DNA of 64,000 bases from Octopus vulgaris (Eukaryota): assembly GCA_951406725.2 (NCBI GenBank), contig OX597837.1, positions 2,914,001-2,978,000 on the forward strand, written 5' to 3'. The number at the start of each line of letters is the position of its first letter. The first letter of the stretch is position 1. A program made the position numbers and the translations under genes. Under the pieces are notes generated by a model. It was not told where the DNA came from. It saw only the letters and a program-made list of their open reading frames with translations, and made no database searches. This document shows, piece after piece, positions 1 to 13,299 of this stretch.

Positions 1-867
1 TCGTTGATATTGCGATCAGTTTCATTTGCTTTACATCTTTTTTTGATGTTGAATATCACGCTTTGACAGTTCCATTTCAGATTGTAAGAACAGTAAAAAA
101 AAAAAAATATCAATGTTAATTTATTGATTCATTTGGGTAAGCCCATGTCTGTGTTATCAGACAATTGCAAAAATATATTTTTAAAAATTTCAAACCTGCA
201 AAAATCCAATACAAATTCTTCATGGTTCAAAATGGTGCTTTTTATTCAACCTAATATACTCTTTTACTTGTTTCAGTCATTTGACTGCGGCCATGCTGGA
301 GCACCGCCTTTAGTCGAGCAAATCGACCTCAGGACTTATTCTTTGTAAGCCCAGTACTTATTCTATCGGTCTCTTTTTGCCGAACCGCTAAGTGACGGCA
401 AAATATATTATTTTATCACACAGATTTCAAAATTCTTTTACTGAAAATTTCATCTTAAATGATTGAATCACAACTAATTTTGTTCACTGTCACATAGTTA
501 TTTTTCGCTGTGAGATAGTGATTTCTAACATTACTGTTTATGCTTCAACATAATATTGCCCTGCTCCCTATCTGTGTTTTGTTATAGCTTTCTGACGAAT
601 GGATATTTTTTTAGTTGCATGTTCTATACACTAACTCTTAGTATAGATTACAATTGTTTTGTAATTAAATGTGTGGGGGACAGGTGCAAATAATTCATGC
701 ACATGGAGATTTTTTTTCTCATATGTTTTAATATAGATTAATTCAATTTAAAACCAAAAATCTATTACTCTTAAGGACTATTCCATCCTTTCTTGAAAAC
801 TGACTTAGAGGAATTTTTGTAGAAAGTTAAGTGCAATGGTAATTTGAATTACTGAATGTTCTCTCTC

Positions 868-1264
868 TTTTACTCTTTTATTTGTTTCAGTCATTTGACT
901 GCGGCCATGCTAGAGCACCGCCTTTAATCAAGCAACTCGACCCCGGGACTTATTCTTTTGTAAGCCCAGTACTTATGTTATCGGTCTCTTTTGCCGAACT
1001 GCTAAGTAACGGGGACATAAACACACCAGCATTGGTTGTCAAGCAATGCTAGGGGGGACAAACACAAACACACACACACACATATATATATACATATATA
1101 CGACGGGCTTCTTTCAGTTTTCGTCTACAAAATCCACTCACAAGTATTTGGTTGCCCCAAGGCTATAATAGAAGACACTTGCCCAAGGTCCCATGCATTG
1201 GGACTGAACCCGGAACCATGTGGTTGGTAAGCAAGCTACTTACCACACAGCCACTCCTGCGCCT
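868..1264 (-). mobile_element. tRNA-derived SINE family 1 (head GGCGCAGGAGTGGCTGTGTGGTAAG, central TA/TG tract, tail ...GAAACAAGTAAAAGAG)
   Basis: PolIII A/B-box-like head (TGGCTGTGTGG, GGTTCAGTCCC) and many dispersed copies in the window. Partial copy at 257-399. Confidence 0.85.
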
Positions 1265-2150
1265 GAAATATATATTTCATTATTTTATTGCAGTCTTAAT
1301 CTCTCTTGTTTGAAGAACTCAAAGGTAGCCCATCCTCTGTGTGGTTGTTTAGTATGCTAGAAATAGCATGGATCACAAGGGTCTCAAAAATAATTGTTTT
1401 TTTCAACATAATTGTGATGTACATCATCAAAATGCATGAGGAAATAAAGTTGAGATGCATGAAATATTCAACCCCAGCTTATTTTATTCATCACATTATA
1501 TTCCAACAGAGTCGCAGTAATCTATACCGTCTCAATATATTGGAAGAAAATTTCAGTAAAAATAGATCTATTTCAAAAAGATATAAGGAAAAGTAAGGGA
1601 AGGGGAACAATTCTGGCATTCATCATATTTTATGGACTCGACCATGTTCTAAAATAAGTCGGAAGGTAAGCTACTATAAATCAGCACAAACTTTCCGGAC
1701 AACCCAATAATATTTTCTATGGCACACCTAATTTCCATTTGAATCGTTTGTCAAATAGTCTTCACTCACTCAGTAAATATCATCATCATCATCGTTTAGT
1801 GTCCGCTTTCCATACTAGCATGGGTTGGACAGTTCAACTGGGTTCTGGGAAGCCAGAAGCCGTACCAGGCCCAGTCTGATCTGGCAATGTTTCTACGGCT
1901 GGATGCCCTTCCTAACACCAACCACTCCTTGAGTGTAGTGGGAACTTTTTACGTGCCACTGGCACAGGTGCCAGACGAGGCTGGCAAACGGCCACGATCG
2001 GATGGTGCTTTTTACGGGCCCGGCGAAGCTGGCAATGGCCACGATCGGATGGTGCTTTTTACGTGCCCATGTCCTGAATTTATTTACTGAGTGAGTGAAG
2101 ACTATTTGACAAACGATTCAAATGGAAATAAGGTGTGCCATATCAGAAAA

Positions 2151-2717
2151 TATTGGGTTGTCTGGAAAGTTCGTGCTGATTTATAGTAGCTTACCTTTCG
2201 CCTTTTTTTAGAACCTGGTTGGGTCCATAAAATAGGATTTGACTAGACCTCCATTTAGAGCACAGTTTAAGCTATCTTTTCTTGGGAGAAGGTTTACGTT
2301 CCTATAACCTGTGTTAATTCTGTAACCCTTTAAAATGGAAGATAAGAAAGTTCATTTTCAGCACTTGATGCTTTGGGAACCAGACAAAAATTGCTGCAGC
2401 TTGGCTGGGATGTGTTACCCCAGCCTCCATATTCAGCAGATATTGCTCCTTCGGATTTCCACTTGTTCAGGTCTCTGCAGATAGTCTTAATGGTAAAAAT
2501 TTCAATTCCTTGGATGACATAAAAAGATACTTTGATGAATTCTTTGCAATGAAACCCCTCAAATCTGGGAAGAGGGTATTTCCAAGTTAAAGGAAAGATG
2601 GAGACGCATTGTGCAACAAAATGGTTCATATTTGGCTGATTAAAAATGTAATGGCAAGTATTTATTGACCTTTTCTTTCCTTTAAAAATCAGCACAAACT
2701 TTTCGGACAACCCAATA
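2151..2717 (+). mobile_element. Internally deleted mariner element
   Basis: TIRs TATTGGGTTGTC(T/C)G(G/A)AAAGTT(C/T)GTGCTGATTT at both ends with TA. Internal LLQLGWDVLPQPPYSADIAPSDFHLFRSLQ. Confidence 0.85.
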
Positions 2718-2893
2718 ATTATGCAAATTGGGAGTCTAATATATAGCAATTAGCAGAAAACCGCATGAAGAGTGATCTTTCTGCATGTTTAGGATGAATC
2801 ATAACTGTTGACAGAGTTCTTAGCCTGAAAAGTGTTTTAGCTTCACCTTTTATTCAAACACATATACCTTAAGAACTTATTTTGTTAATATAT

Positions 2894-3476
2894 ATTTCTT
2901 TACTACCCACAAGGGGCTAAACACAGAGGGGACAAAGAAGGACAGACAAAGGGATTAAGTGGATTACATTGACCCCCAGTGTGTAACTGGTACTTAATTT
3001 ATCGACCCCGAAAGGATGAAAGGCAAAGTCGATCTCGGCAGAATTTGAACTCAGAACGTAGCGGCAGATGAAATACCTATTTCTTTACTACCCACAAGGG
3101 GCTAGACACAGAGGGGACAAACAAGGACAAACGGATTAAGTCGATTACATTGACCCCAGTGCGTAACTGGTACTTAATTTATCGACCTCGAAAGGATGAA
3201 AGGCAAAGTCGACCTTGGTGGAATTTGAACTCAGAACGTAGCGGCAGATGAAATACCTATTTCTTTACTACCCACAAGGGGCTAAACACAGAGGGGACAA
3301 ACGGATTAAGTCGATTACATCGACCCCAGTGCATAACTGGTACTTAATTTATCGACCCCGAAAGGATGAAAGGCAAAGTTGACCTTGGTGGAATTTGAAC
3401 TCAGAACGTAACAGCAGACGAAATATGGCTATGCATTTCACCCAGCATGCTAACGTTTCTGCCAGATCGCCACCTT
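2894..3476 (-). mobile_element. SINE family 2 (Nin/Deu-like central domain), three tandem units
   Basis: Minus strand GCCTTTCATCCTTTCGGGGTCGATAAATTAAGTACCAG core, unit about 180 bp, only one unit with a complete head. Other copies at 21565-21775 (-), 21912-22120 (+) and 22125-22320 (+). Confidence 0.8.
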
Positions 3477-4000
3477 TATTTTGTTAATATAGTTCCCTCT
3501 GAAATTAATTAAACCCCACCTGTTTGGTTTATATCTTTATTAAATATCCCAATACTACAACTATATCAGGGACTGAAATTTTGTTATATGGTGACGTTGA
3601 AAATGAAAAATAGACTCAGCTGTCACTAAATGAACTTAATCACCAAGAATGTATCAGTTGACTTGTGAACCTCTCAGTAAGTATGCTGAGGATGTAGATG
3701 GGTATAGCAGTGATGATGCTGATTTTTGACTGGTGTCTGTGTTTTCAAACGCCTTTGATAGAAAGAAAAACTGCTTGAAACAAAGGTAGGTATTATTAGA
3801 AAAAGCATCTGTCCAATCCATTCTAGTATGGACGAAACAGACATTAAATGTGTGATTGGTGAATAAACATGCGTTTGCACATCGTGATGTCTGAGTTATA
3901 AATGTGTCATAAGACAAAGATGCAGTGAGCAAAATGATGGCAAAGAGCTGAGTGAGGGATTTTGGTTGCAATTAAGTATTCATCAAGGCCTCATGTTATT

Positions 4001-4436
4001 TACTCTTTTACTTGTTTCAGTCATTTGACTGTGGCTATGCTGGAGCACCGCCTTTAGTCGAGCAAATCGACCCCAGGACTTATTCTTTGTAAGACTAGTA
4101 GTACTTATTCTATCGGTCTCTATTGTTGAACTGCTAAGTTACGGGGACGTAAACATACCATCGACTGTCAAGCGATGTTGGGGGACAAACACAGACACAA
4201 ACATATACACACATACATACATACATATATATATGTATATATACATATCTATATATGTATATGTATATATATACGACAGGCTTCTTTCAGTTTCCGTCTA
4301 CCAAATCCACTCACAAGGCTTTAGTCAGCCCGAGGCTATAGTAAAAGATATTTACCCAAGGGCCATGCAGTGGGACTGAACTTGGAACAATGTGGTTGGT
4401 TATCAAGCTACTTACCACACAGCCACTCCTACACCT
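4001..4436 (-). mobile_element. SINE family 1
   Basis: Full-length copy matching 868-1264. Confidence 0.85.
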
Positions 4437-4777
4437 ATTGTTTTTGAAGACATATCGGGTATTTAAAACCTCCAATGTTGCTGGCTTAGTTCTTATTGCA
4501 CAGATAGCGAAGGATTTAGCAAATAAATTTGTAGAAACAATTTAGATTCAAGATTTCTCTGTAGACTTAAGTGGCGGTGCTGAAAAATTCCTGGCTTTAA
4601 GGGTACCACAAAAGGCTTGGTTGGAGACACAACCTTCTGAGTTTTTTTTTTACAGGGCTTAGAAAAACTGAAGGACCACTGTAGTAAGTTTGTGAATCTG
4701 GGAGGAGAAATAACTGGTCCACCTGTATTTTCTTTTACCCAAAGCCAGGAACTTTTTAGCACCTTGTATAAAAAGGT

Positions 4778-5070
4778 ATTTGTTTGTTCCTTCTCGAGCC
4801 ATGCCTGGCTCGTAAGGGCCAGTTTCTTGGTGTATAGGTTCCCCACCTGGACAGGACGCCAGTCCATCGCAGGTGAGCTGCAAGATGCAGGAAGAAAGAG
4901 TGAGAGAAAGTTGTGAAAGAGTCAGCAGAAGTTTCACCATTACCTTCTGCCAGAGCCGCGTGGAGCTTATGTTTCGCTCATAAACACACATATCGTCCAG
5001 TCTGAGATTTGAACCTGCGATTCCTCGACCGCAAGGCCACTGCTCTAACCACTAGGCCATGTGCCTCCAC
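4778..5070 (-). mobile_element. tRNA-derived SINE family 3 (V/Meta-SINE-like core CCTGCGATGGACTGGCGTCCTGTCCAGG)
   Basis: tRNA-like head GTGGAGGCACATGGCCTAGTGGTTAGAGCA..GGTTCAAATC. Relatives at 37365-37602 (-), 46109-46385 (+), 50160-50377 (-) and 23900-23990 (+). Confidence 0.75.
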
Positions 5071-5876
5071 TTTAAAAAAGGTATAGCTTTAGTAACTATA
5101 AATGAAGACAGAATTCTGATATCATCAGGGAAAATGGTGATGCTTATTGTGTAGAGATGAAGTAGATAAGAATTTTGTTGAGTATATTCAGTATAATCTG
5201 CTGGTGCACAGATGTAGTGGAATCAAAGATATGCTAAAATTTGAATAAAATGTTCAATATTTCTCTTGTAAAAAGAATAATTAATTTGGTTGTATCTGGG
5301 GAGAATCATTTTTTTTGTGCCTTATTATTTAACACACTCACCGGTAAAATTTCTACTCATTACTTATTTTTATTTTCCTAAAATTTTCGTTGCGTCTTGA
5401 AACCTTTTCAATAGTCTTGACTCTGTCCGTTATTTACACTGCATTCCTTGTTGTTTGTTTGTGCGTGGGTCAGTGTGTGTGTGTGTGTGTGTTTGTGTGT
5501 GTGCATATGCTAAAATTTGAATAAAAAGTTCGATTGTGGCCGATACACATTAGTAGTCAGCACTCAGAGTACCAGTAAAATGAACTGCTTGCAATACTGA
5601 AATGGGATTATACAAGTGGTTGATAGTATCTGTGTGGTAACTTGATCAGCTGTGGAAGAAGGAGTTTTGAAAGCATAGTAACCAGAAGAAGAATAAGGCA
5701 AAAATAATCACGAGATATTTCTATCTAATGCCCTAACAGTTCTGTCTGTTAACTAACCTGAAGATTTGCATCATAATTTTCAAATTTCTGAGAATAGGTT
5801 TTCAACTGATGCAATCTCAGGTCAAATACATTAACTGCAGACATGCACTATTTCTCACATCTCTTTAAATGTTTGA

Positions 5877-6271
5877 CCATCCGAACGTGGCCGTAGCCAG
5901 TACCGCATTGACTGGCCTCCGTGCTGTGGGCACGTAACAAACACCATCCGATCGTGGCCGTTCGTCAGCCTCATCTGGCACCTGTGTCGGTGGCACATAA
6001 AAACACCATCGAGCGTGGCCGTCTGCCAGCCTCGTCTGGCACCTGTGTCGGTGGCACATAAAAACACCATCCGAGCGGGGCCGTCTGCCAGCCTCGTCTG
6101 GCACCTGTGTCGGTGGCACATAAAATCACCCACTACACTCTCGGAGTGGTTGGCGTTAGGAAGGGCATCCAGCTGTCTGGCCTGGTGCAGCCTTCGGGCT
6201 CCCCAGACCCCAGTTGAACCGTCCAACCCATGCTAGCATGGAAAGCGGACGTTAAATGATGATGATGATGA

Positions 6272-6275
<4 letters not shown>
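5877..6275 (+). mobile_element. RTE-type 3' tail element with an internal about 61-bp tandem unit and a (GAT)n end
   Basis: ...CCATGCTAGCATGGAAAGCGGACGTTAAATGATGATG. Copies at 1780-2070, 23600-23860, 36500-36750, 38045-38325 and 46699-46842 (all -) and 41527-41815 (+). Older copies are shared by the ZNF-A/B/C introns. Confidence 0.75.
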
Positions 6276-6314
<39 letters not shown>

Positions 6315-6318
6315 CATA

Positions 6319-6354
<36 letters not shown>

Positions 6355-6365
6355 CAAATATATAC

Positions 6366-6424
<59 letters not shown>

Positions 6425-8201
6425 CACTAGCAGTATCGCCCGGCGTTGCTCGGGTTTGTTTCGACCCGCTGGAATTGTAATTTTGAAAAGTAAAAATTTT
6501 GTGAACATTTTTCTGGTCGAAATACACCGAAAAGTGGCGACACAGCAGTGAAAAAATCGTAAAAAATAGGGATTTTCATAGAAAAAAGCATCTTTTTGAT
6601 GTAAATAATTTTTGGTGTTAACATGGTCCGATTTGAATTTTATGTTCTACGGAAGGAAGAGCAACCCTTCTACCATACTCTCAATTTTGGTCAACTTGCG
6701 CCGCAGGGTCTCGGAGGAGATAGTGTTAGTTGAAGGTTACCATTCTAGGTGCCTGAGTAAGAACCTCGCGGATTTACAGATAAATGAATTAATTACTATT
6801 TTACAGAATAAAATTAAATAATTCTTGAAAATCAATTAATATTAATATTTTTTGAACAAAGTAAATAATTTTTAAAACTTAAATAATAATTTTTTTTTAC
6901 ACAAACGCGAACGGGGAAAAGGGGGGTGAATTCGATTTACATACCTAAATTTTTTTCTTTTTCATGACATTGTAGCAAAATAGTAGTGAATTATATAAAT
7001 ACCAGCAGTACATTTTTTTTTCTGGGTATTTTTTTCAACCTCGTCACATATTTGCCCCTTTCAATTTAAACAAAGTCTTAATTAAGCAATTACAGCAGCT
7101 TAGCAATGGTTTCAGTACAGGCGTGACATGTGTATCTTAATTGTTCAAAACCCTTCGAATTTTTTCGCACGTGATGATATCATAGTGAAAACTTTCAATT
7201 ACGCGCGCTTAGAAGTACGCTCGCAAATTAATACTACCAAAATTTTGAAGGTCGTGCTCCGCTTGTGTGTGTGTGTGTGCACGTGCTTTAGGTGTACGTA
7301 GGTATGTGTTTTTGTGTGTGTGTGTCACTGAAGCCATACATACATATATACATACATAACCTCTCTCTCTTTTTCTCTCTCAGTCACTCACTACAAAAAG
7401 TGAATAAAAAAAGTTGTTATTTCTGTCTTTCACTCTGTCTGTCTCTTTACACACACTAACAAAAGCACTTCACTTACACACCACACTTTCTGTGTCTCAC
7501 AACCCATCAAACACACACACACACACACACTCACGCACGCACACATGTACATCAATGCTTTCGGAGTGAAATGTTAAAATATTGAGTTTTCTCGAATTTT
7601 GTCTTAATTGGGGGTGAAATTGAAAGAAATATATTATGGCATGACCGAATGGAGTACTTTGAAAAATCTTAGGTAAACTCTAATTGAAGAAATTGTGTGA
7701 GGAGTAAATCGTTATGTATTTATTTGTTTCTGTTTGCTGTGTTTTTTTATTTTTTGAGTAGTGGTTTAAATACTTTCAGTTTAGTCTTCCTCAAATCACT
7801 CTGTCGCTATTTACTTTCATTTTATTCGTTGCACACTGTGTGTGTGCGTGTGCGTGTGGTGTAAACCACATTAAGAAAAGCATTTGACATACACACCAGA
7901 ATGTGAGTTTTCTGTAAATTTTGCTTAATTGGAGTTTAAATTTTAAAAACTGGACCTGGCATGACCCGATGCAGTCTACTCTTAAAAATGCTAGGTAAAT
8001 TGTAATTGAAGAAATCCTATATTGTAGATTTCTATAAGTTACAAAGGGAGGCAGATAAAATCTGCCTTTTATAATAAGACTAGCAGAATTGCCCGGCGTT
8101 GCTCGGGGCTGAATTGCTTGAAAGTACTGTTAATGATTGCACTGAATTATGATGATTATTCAGGCAAATATTGAAATAAGCTTACGGTGGGAGATAAGGA
8201 C

Positions 8202-8690
8202 TTAACGCCAAACGTGTGCCATTGCATTGTTTGGGGGAACCAAATTTCTGATGAGCATTATAGGGGCACTAACTTTAAGTTTGAGAAAGTGTGGTGGTAG
8301 TCCGGGGTGCTCAAAGGAATTGAGTACCTCTATTGGATAGTTGATGACGTCCTCTGGGTCAGGAGTTGTATCGATAGACTGATATACATCGACTTCCCCA
8401 GGAATGAGTTTTAGCATTTCATATGGTGAACAGTTTTATTCCTCGGGGCCAGTATAGCCTTTTTGCCAATCCAATCCATATTCTGATAATTAGCTTGTAA
8501 ATCTGGGAACACTGCATCTCTGAGATCAGAAGGTGTCTTAACAATGGTACAAATGGAATCGATGGCAATATTACCATTTTCATCCCCTGGTATTTTGCCT
8601 TCGCCAAGTGCAAGGAGGGTGTGAGGAAATGCTGGTGATGTGATATTACGTCGCATATGAGCACGCATATTGGTGTGAAGTTTGAGAGTT
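8202..8690 (-). pseudogene. Helitron PIF1-like helicase fragment
   Basis: [53 protein letters not shown] motifs, frameshifted. Confidence 0.85.
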
Positions 8691-10080
8691 ACTTCCGTTT
8701 ATTTTAAAAAATATGCATTAAAATGGAAAAAAATGATGGTAAATTATTTGTAAAATCATAGACTCATCGTAGACGCGCGCTAATACCCAGAAGGGCTCGA
8801 TATGAATCATGACTATAAGATACCCGGTTTTGGTTAAACTGCATCGCAAAATGTGGGAGTAGTTAGGAATCTAAATCGGAGTAGACAGACACACAACCTT
8901 TCTTTTATATATAAATACATACATACACACACACATACATACACACACACACACACACATACATGCATACATACATATACACATAAACCGAGTAAAAAAT
9001 TTCAGTTATCTCTCTCTTTCACACATTACTCTCTCTGTCTCTTCACACACACTAACAGAAGCACTTCACTTACACAACATACTGTCTGTCTCCCACACTC
9101 CATCAAACACACACACACACACACATGTACATCAATGAGTCCCATGCACGGTAACTTCAAAGGAACTTCCCTCGTCATACAATCGCTTTCTCTTAGTCTC
9201 TTTCGCTCTCATTACTTATGTAAAAAAATAAAAGTTTTTTCTATGTGTGTAAAGAGGAAGTGGGAGGCAGAGTGAAAGAATCACTTACTACAGTAAGTGA
9301 ATTACTTTCATTTTATTCCTTGCCCACTGTGTGTGTGCGTTTGCGTGTGGTGTAAACCAGACTAAGAAAAGCATTTGACACACACACCAGAATGTGAGTT
9401 TTCTGTAAATTTTGCTTAATTGGAGTTTAAATTTTAAAAACTGGACCTGGCATGACGCGATGCATTGTACTCTCAAAAATGCTAGGTAAATTGTAATTGA
9501 AGAAATCCTATATTGTAGATTTGTATAACTCCCAAAGGGAGGCAGATAAAATCTGCCTTTTATAATAAGACTAGCAGTATTGCCCGGCGTTGCTCGGGTT
9601 TGTAAGGGAAATAACTATATAAGCATTTTTGGAGAGTTATAGCCAAAAAATAGCAAAAAAATGCATTAAAAATTGAAAAAAAATTAAGGTAATTTTTATT
9701 TTAAATCGTTGACACATCGTAGATATTTTTAGAGAGTTAATTCCCTTATATAATAACGAAAAATAGGCATTAAAATGGAAAAATATGATGGTAAATTTTT
9801 TTAAAATCGTAGACTCATCGTAGACGCGCGCTAATACCCAGAAGGGCTCGATATGAATCACGACTATAAGATACCCGCTTTTGGTTAAACTACACCGCAA
9901 AATGTGGGAGTAGTTACGAATCTAAATCGTAGGAGACAGACACACAACTTCACTCTTATATATAAAGATATAAGCCACGTAGTTATATACACATACTTTG
10001 TTATATACACATTCTTAAAAGAAAATGTTATTTTGAACACAACATTTACAAAGAATAAAATATTTTTTGGTTTTTCTTAA

Positions 10081-10901
10081 CCCTTTCGTTACTATATTTC
10101 TGACCAAAATACACCCCTTATGTGTTTCAATTAATTTCTAACGTAATCATAAATTTAGTCTGGTTTCATTAAACAACTATAACTTTTTTATTTATGAATA
10201 TATTAATCTGATTTTTGGAAGATAATTTAGTGAAATGTTCTCAACCAATTCTATACTATAATTTTTGTCACAAAGTGACTCTAATTGCAGGTAGATACAG
10301 GTAAATTCAACAATATATAAAATTATTAAAATTTTGTTCAAACATCGCTATAGAAAATGGGTTATTAGCTAATATTCAATTGGGTATACAACAAAATTTT
10401 ACGATAGAATTTGTTATTCTGGGTAACTTTCTAATACCCATAATAATATTTATGGCAAAATAGGCCTTAATTTCATTTAAGGTTGTGGGAAATAACAAAC
10501 TATCGTTTCTTTCGCTTTGCTTAGGTTGAGATCAAATACCACATGCTCTTTTTTTCAGTCATAGAGTTAGATTTATGAAGGTCTTCAGTAGAAAATCCTT
10601 CGAATTCTGACTCGCTGCTTGATATAATGAAATTCGTATCCATTTTTTGTCAGAATTACAAATTTTGAAAACACAATAGGAACAAATTTCGGAAAAAAAT
10701 CTCCCATAATTCACGGAATTAAAATTACACTTCGATTTTTGTACAAAACTGTAGTTGAACTGTTTACGAAGTATAATACGTGTTTTCACAAATGTTCTAA
10801 AGAGATTTACTCTGATATTCTCATTTAAATATGAATAGGTACATTCGGGCGGCTTGGTCACATTAACCAAAATTTTTTCAGGCGGTTTGGTAACGAAAGG
10901 G
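10081..10901. mobile_element. piggyBac-like MITE
   Basis: TIR CCCTTTCGTTAC / GTAACGAAAGGG flanked by TTAA on both sides. Confidence 0.8.
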
Positions 10902-11754
10902 TTAAACGGATGCATACATTTATTAATAACTATATATAAGTGTCGTCTGTTTATACATAAACACTGTTTCATACTGCAATTATATATACATATATCTATA
11001 TATAATATTATATACTAAAATATATACAGAGTAAAATAAAAACCAATTTACCTTTTCTGTATTGTTATTCGACCGTCCGTGTGTCTTTGCAAATGTGTTG
11101 GAATGATAAGTGAGTTGTGTTTTGGCGCCTTTTTTTACTAATAACAAACACACATGTGTTTGTATGTAGTTGTTTGAAACGTTTGTGTTTGCCATTCTCA
11201 TATATGTATGTGTATGCGTGAGGAATGACACACACACACTCACGCACGCACACATGTACATCAATGCTTTTATGAGCATCATAGAGAGAAACAAATATTA
11301 CATCGCCATCGCCATAGCCATCGCCATCGCATTCTATTTTCTACTTGTCAACACACAGTGATTTAGTTTTAGTTTATTCATTGCACACTGTGTGTGTGCA
11401 TTTGCGTGTGCTGTAAACCAGACTAAGAAAAGCATTTGACACACACACCAGAATGTGAGTTTTCTGTAAATTTTGCTTAATTGGAGTTTAAATTTTAAAA
11501 ACTGGACCTGGCATGACGCGATGCATTGTACTCTTAAAAATGCTAGGTAAATTGTAATTGAAGAAATCCTATATTTTAGATTTGTATAACTCCCAAAGGG
11601 AGGCAGATAAAATCTGCCTTTTATAATAAGACTAGCAGAATTGCCCGGCGTTGCTCGGAGCTGAATTGCTTGAAAGTACTGTTAATGATTGCACTGAATT
11701 ATGATGATTATTCAGGCAAATATTGAAATAAGCTTACGGTGGGAGATAAGGACT

Positions 11755-12250
11755 TAACGCCAAACGTGTGCCATTGCATTGTTTTGGGGGAACCAAATTT
11801 CTGATGAGCATTATAGGGGCACTAACTTTAAGTTTGAGAAAGTGTGGTGGTAGTCCGGGTGCTCAAAGGAATTGAGTACCTCTATTGGATAGTTGATGAC
11901 GTCCTCTGGGTCAGGAGTTGTATCGATAGACTGATATACATCGACTTCCCCAGGAATGAGTTTTAGCATTTCATCATTAATATGGTGAACAGTTTTATTC
12001 CTCGGGGCCAGTATAGCCTTTTTGCCAATCCAATCCATATTCTGATAATTAGCTTGTAAATCTGGGAACACTGCATCTCTGAGATCAGAAGGCGTCTTAA
12101 CAATGGTACAAATGGAATCGATGGCAATATTACCATTTTCATCCCCTGGTATTTTGCCTTCGCCAAGTGCAAGGAGAGTGTGAGGAAATGCTGGTGATGT
12201 GATATTACGTCGCATATGAGCACGCATATTGGTGTGAAGTTTGAGAGTTA
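11755..12250 (-). pseudogene. Helitron PIF1-like helicase fragment (duplicate)
   Basis: Near-identical to 8202-8690 but with a different indel. Confidence 0.85.
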
Positions 12251-13130
12251 CTTCCGTTTATTTTTAAAAATATGCATTAAAATGGAAAAAAATGATGGTA
12301 AATTATTTGTAAAATCATAGACTCATCGTAGACGCGGGCTAATACCCAGAAGGGCTCGATATGAATCACGACTATAAGATACCCGGTTTTGGTTAAACTG
12401 CATCGCAAAATGTGGGAGTAGTTAGGAATCTAAATCGGAGTAGACAGACACACAACCTTTCTTTTATATATAAATACATACATACACACACACATACATA
12501 CACACACACACACACACACATACATGCATACATACATATACACATAAACCGAGTAAAAAATTTCAGTTATCTCTCTCTTTCACACATTACTCTCTCTGTC
12601 TCTTCACACACACTAACAGAAGCACTTCACTTACACAACATACTGTCTGTCTCCCACACTCCATCAAACACACACACACACACACACATGTACATCAATG
12701 AGTCCCATGCACGGTAACTTGAAAGGAACTTCCCTCGTCATACAATCGCTTTCTCTTAATCTCTTTCGCTCTCATTACTTATGTAAAAAAATAAAAGTTT
12801 TTTCTATGTGTGTAAAGAGGAAGTGGGAAGCAGAGTGAAAGAATCATTCACTACAGTAAGTGAATTACTTTCATTTTATTCCTTGCCCACTGTGTGTGTG
12901 CGTTTGCGTGTGGTGTAAACCAGACTAAGAAAAGCATTTGACACACACACCAGAATGTGAGTTTTCTGTAAATTTTGCTTAATTGGAGTTTAAATTTTAA
13001 AAACTGGACCTGGCATGACGCGATGCATTGTACTCTTAAAACTGCTAGGTAAATTGTAATTGAAGAAATCCTATATTGTAGATTTGTATAACTCCCAAAG
13101 GGAGGCAGATAAAATCTGCCTTTTATAATA

Positions 13131-13167
<37 letters not shown>

Positions 13168-13256
13168 CATACATATATATATATATACATATATATATAC
13201 ATATATATACATATATATATACATATATATATACATATATATATATACATATATAT

Positions 13257-13299
<43 letters not shown>

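Larger units (their letters stand above)
6427..13135 (-). mobile_element. Tandem head-to-tail array of four non-autonomous/composite Helitrons (6427-8079, 8080-9570, 9571-11631, 11632-13135)
   Basis: Each unit ends in a GC-rich hairpin region plus CTAG (gagcaacgccgggc(g/a)at(a/t)ctgCTAG) and starts TC(TC)TTATTATAAAAGGCAG. Units 2 and 4 are near-identical 1.5 kb copies. Confidence 0.85.

Noticed and set aside
590-620. CTGACGA as a second hammerhead core
   Set aside because: No stem II followed by GAAA downstream.
4990-5070. tRNA genes at the tRNA-like heads (also 23900-23990, 22744-22815)
   Set aside because: They continue into SINE bodies and lack complete cloverleaf acceptor stems.
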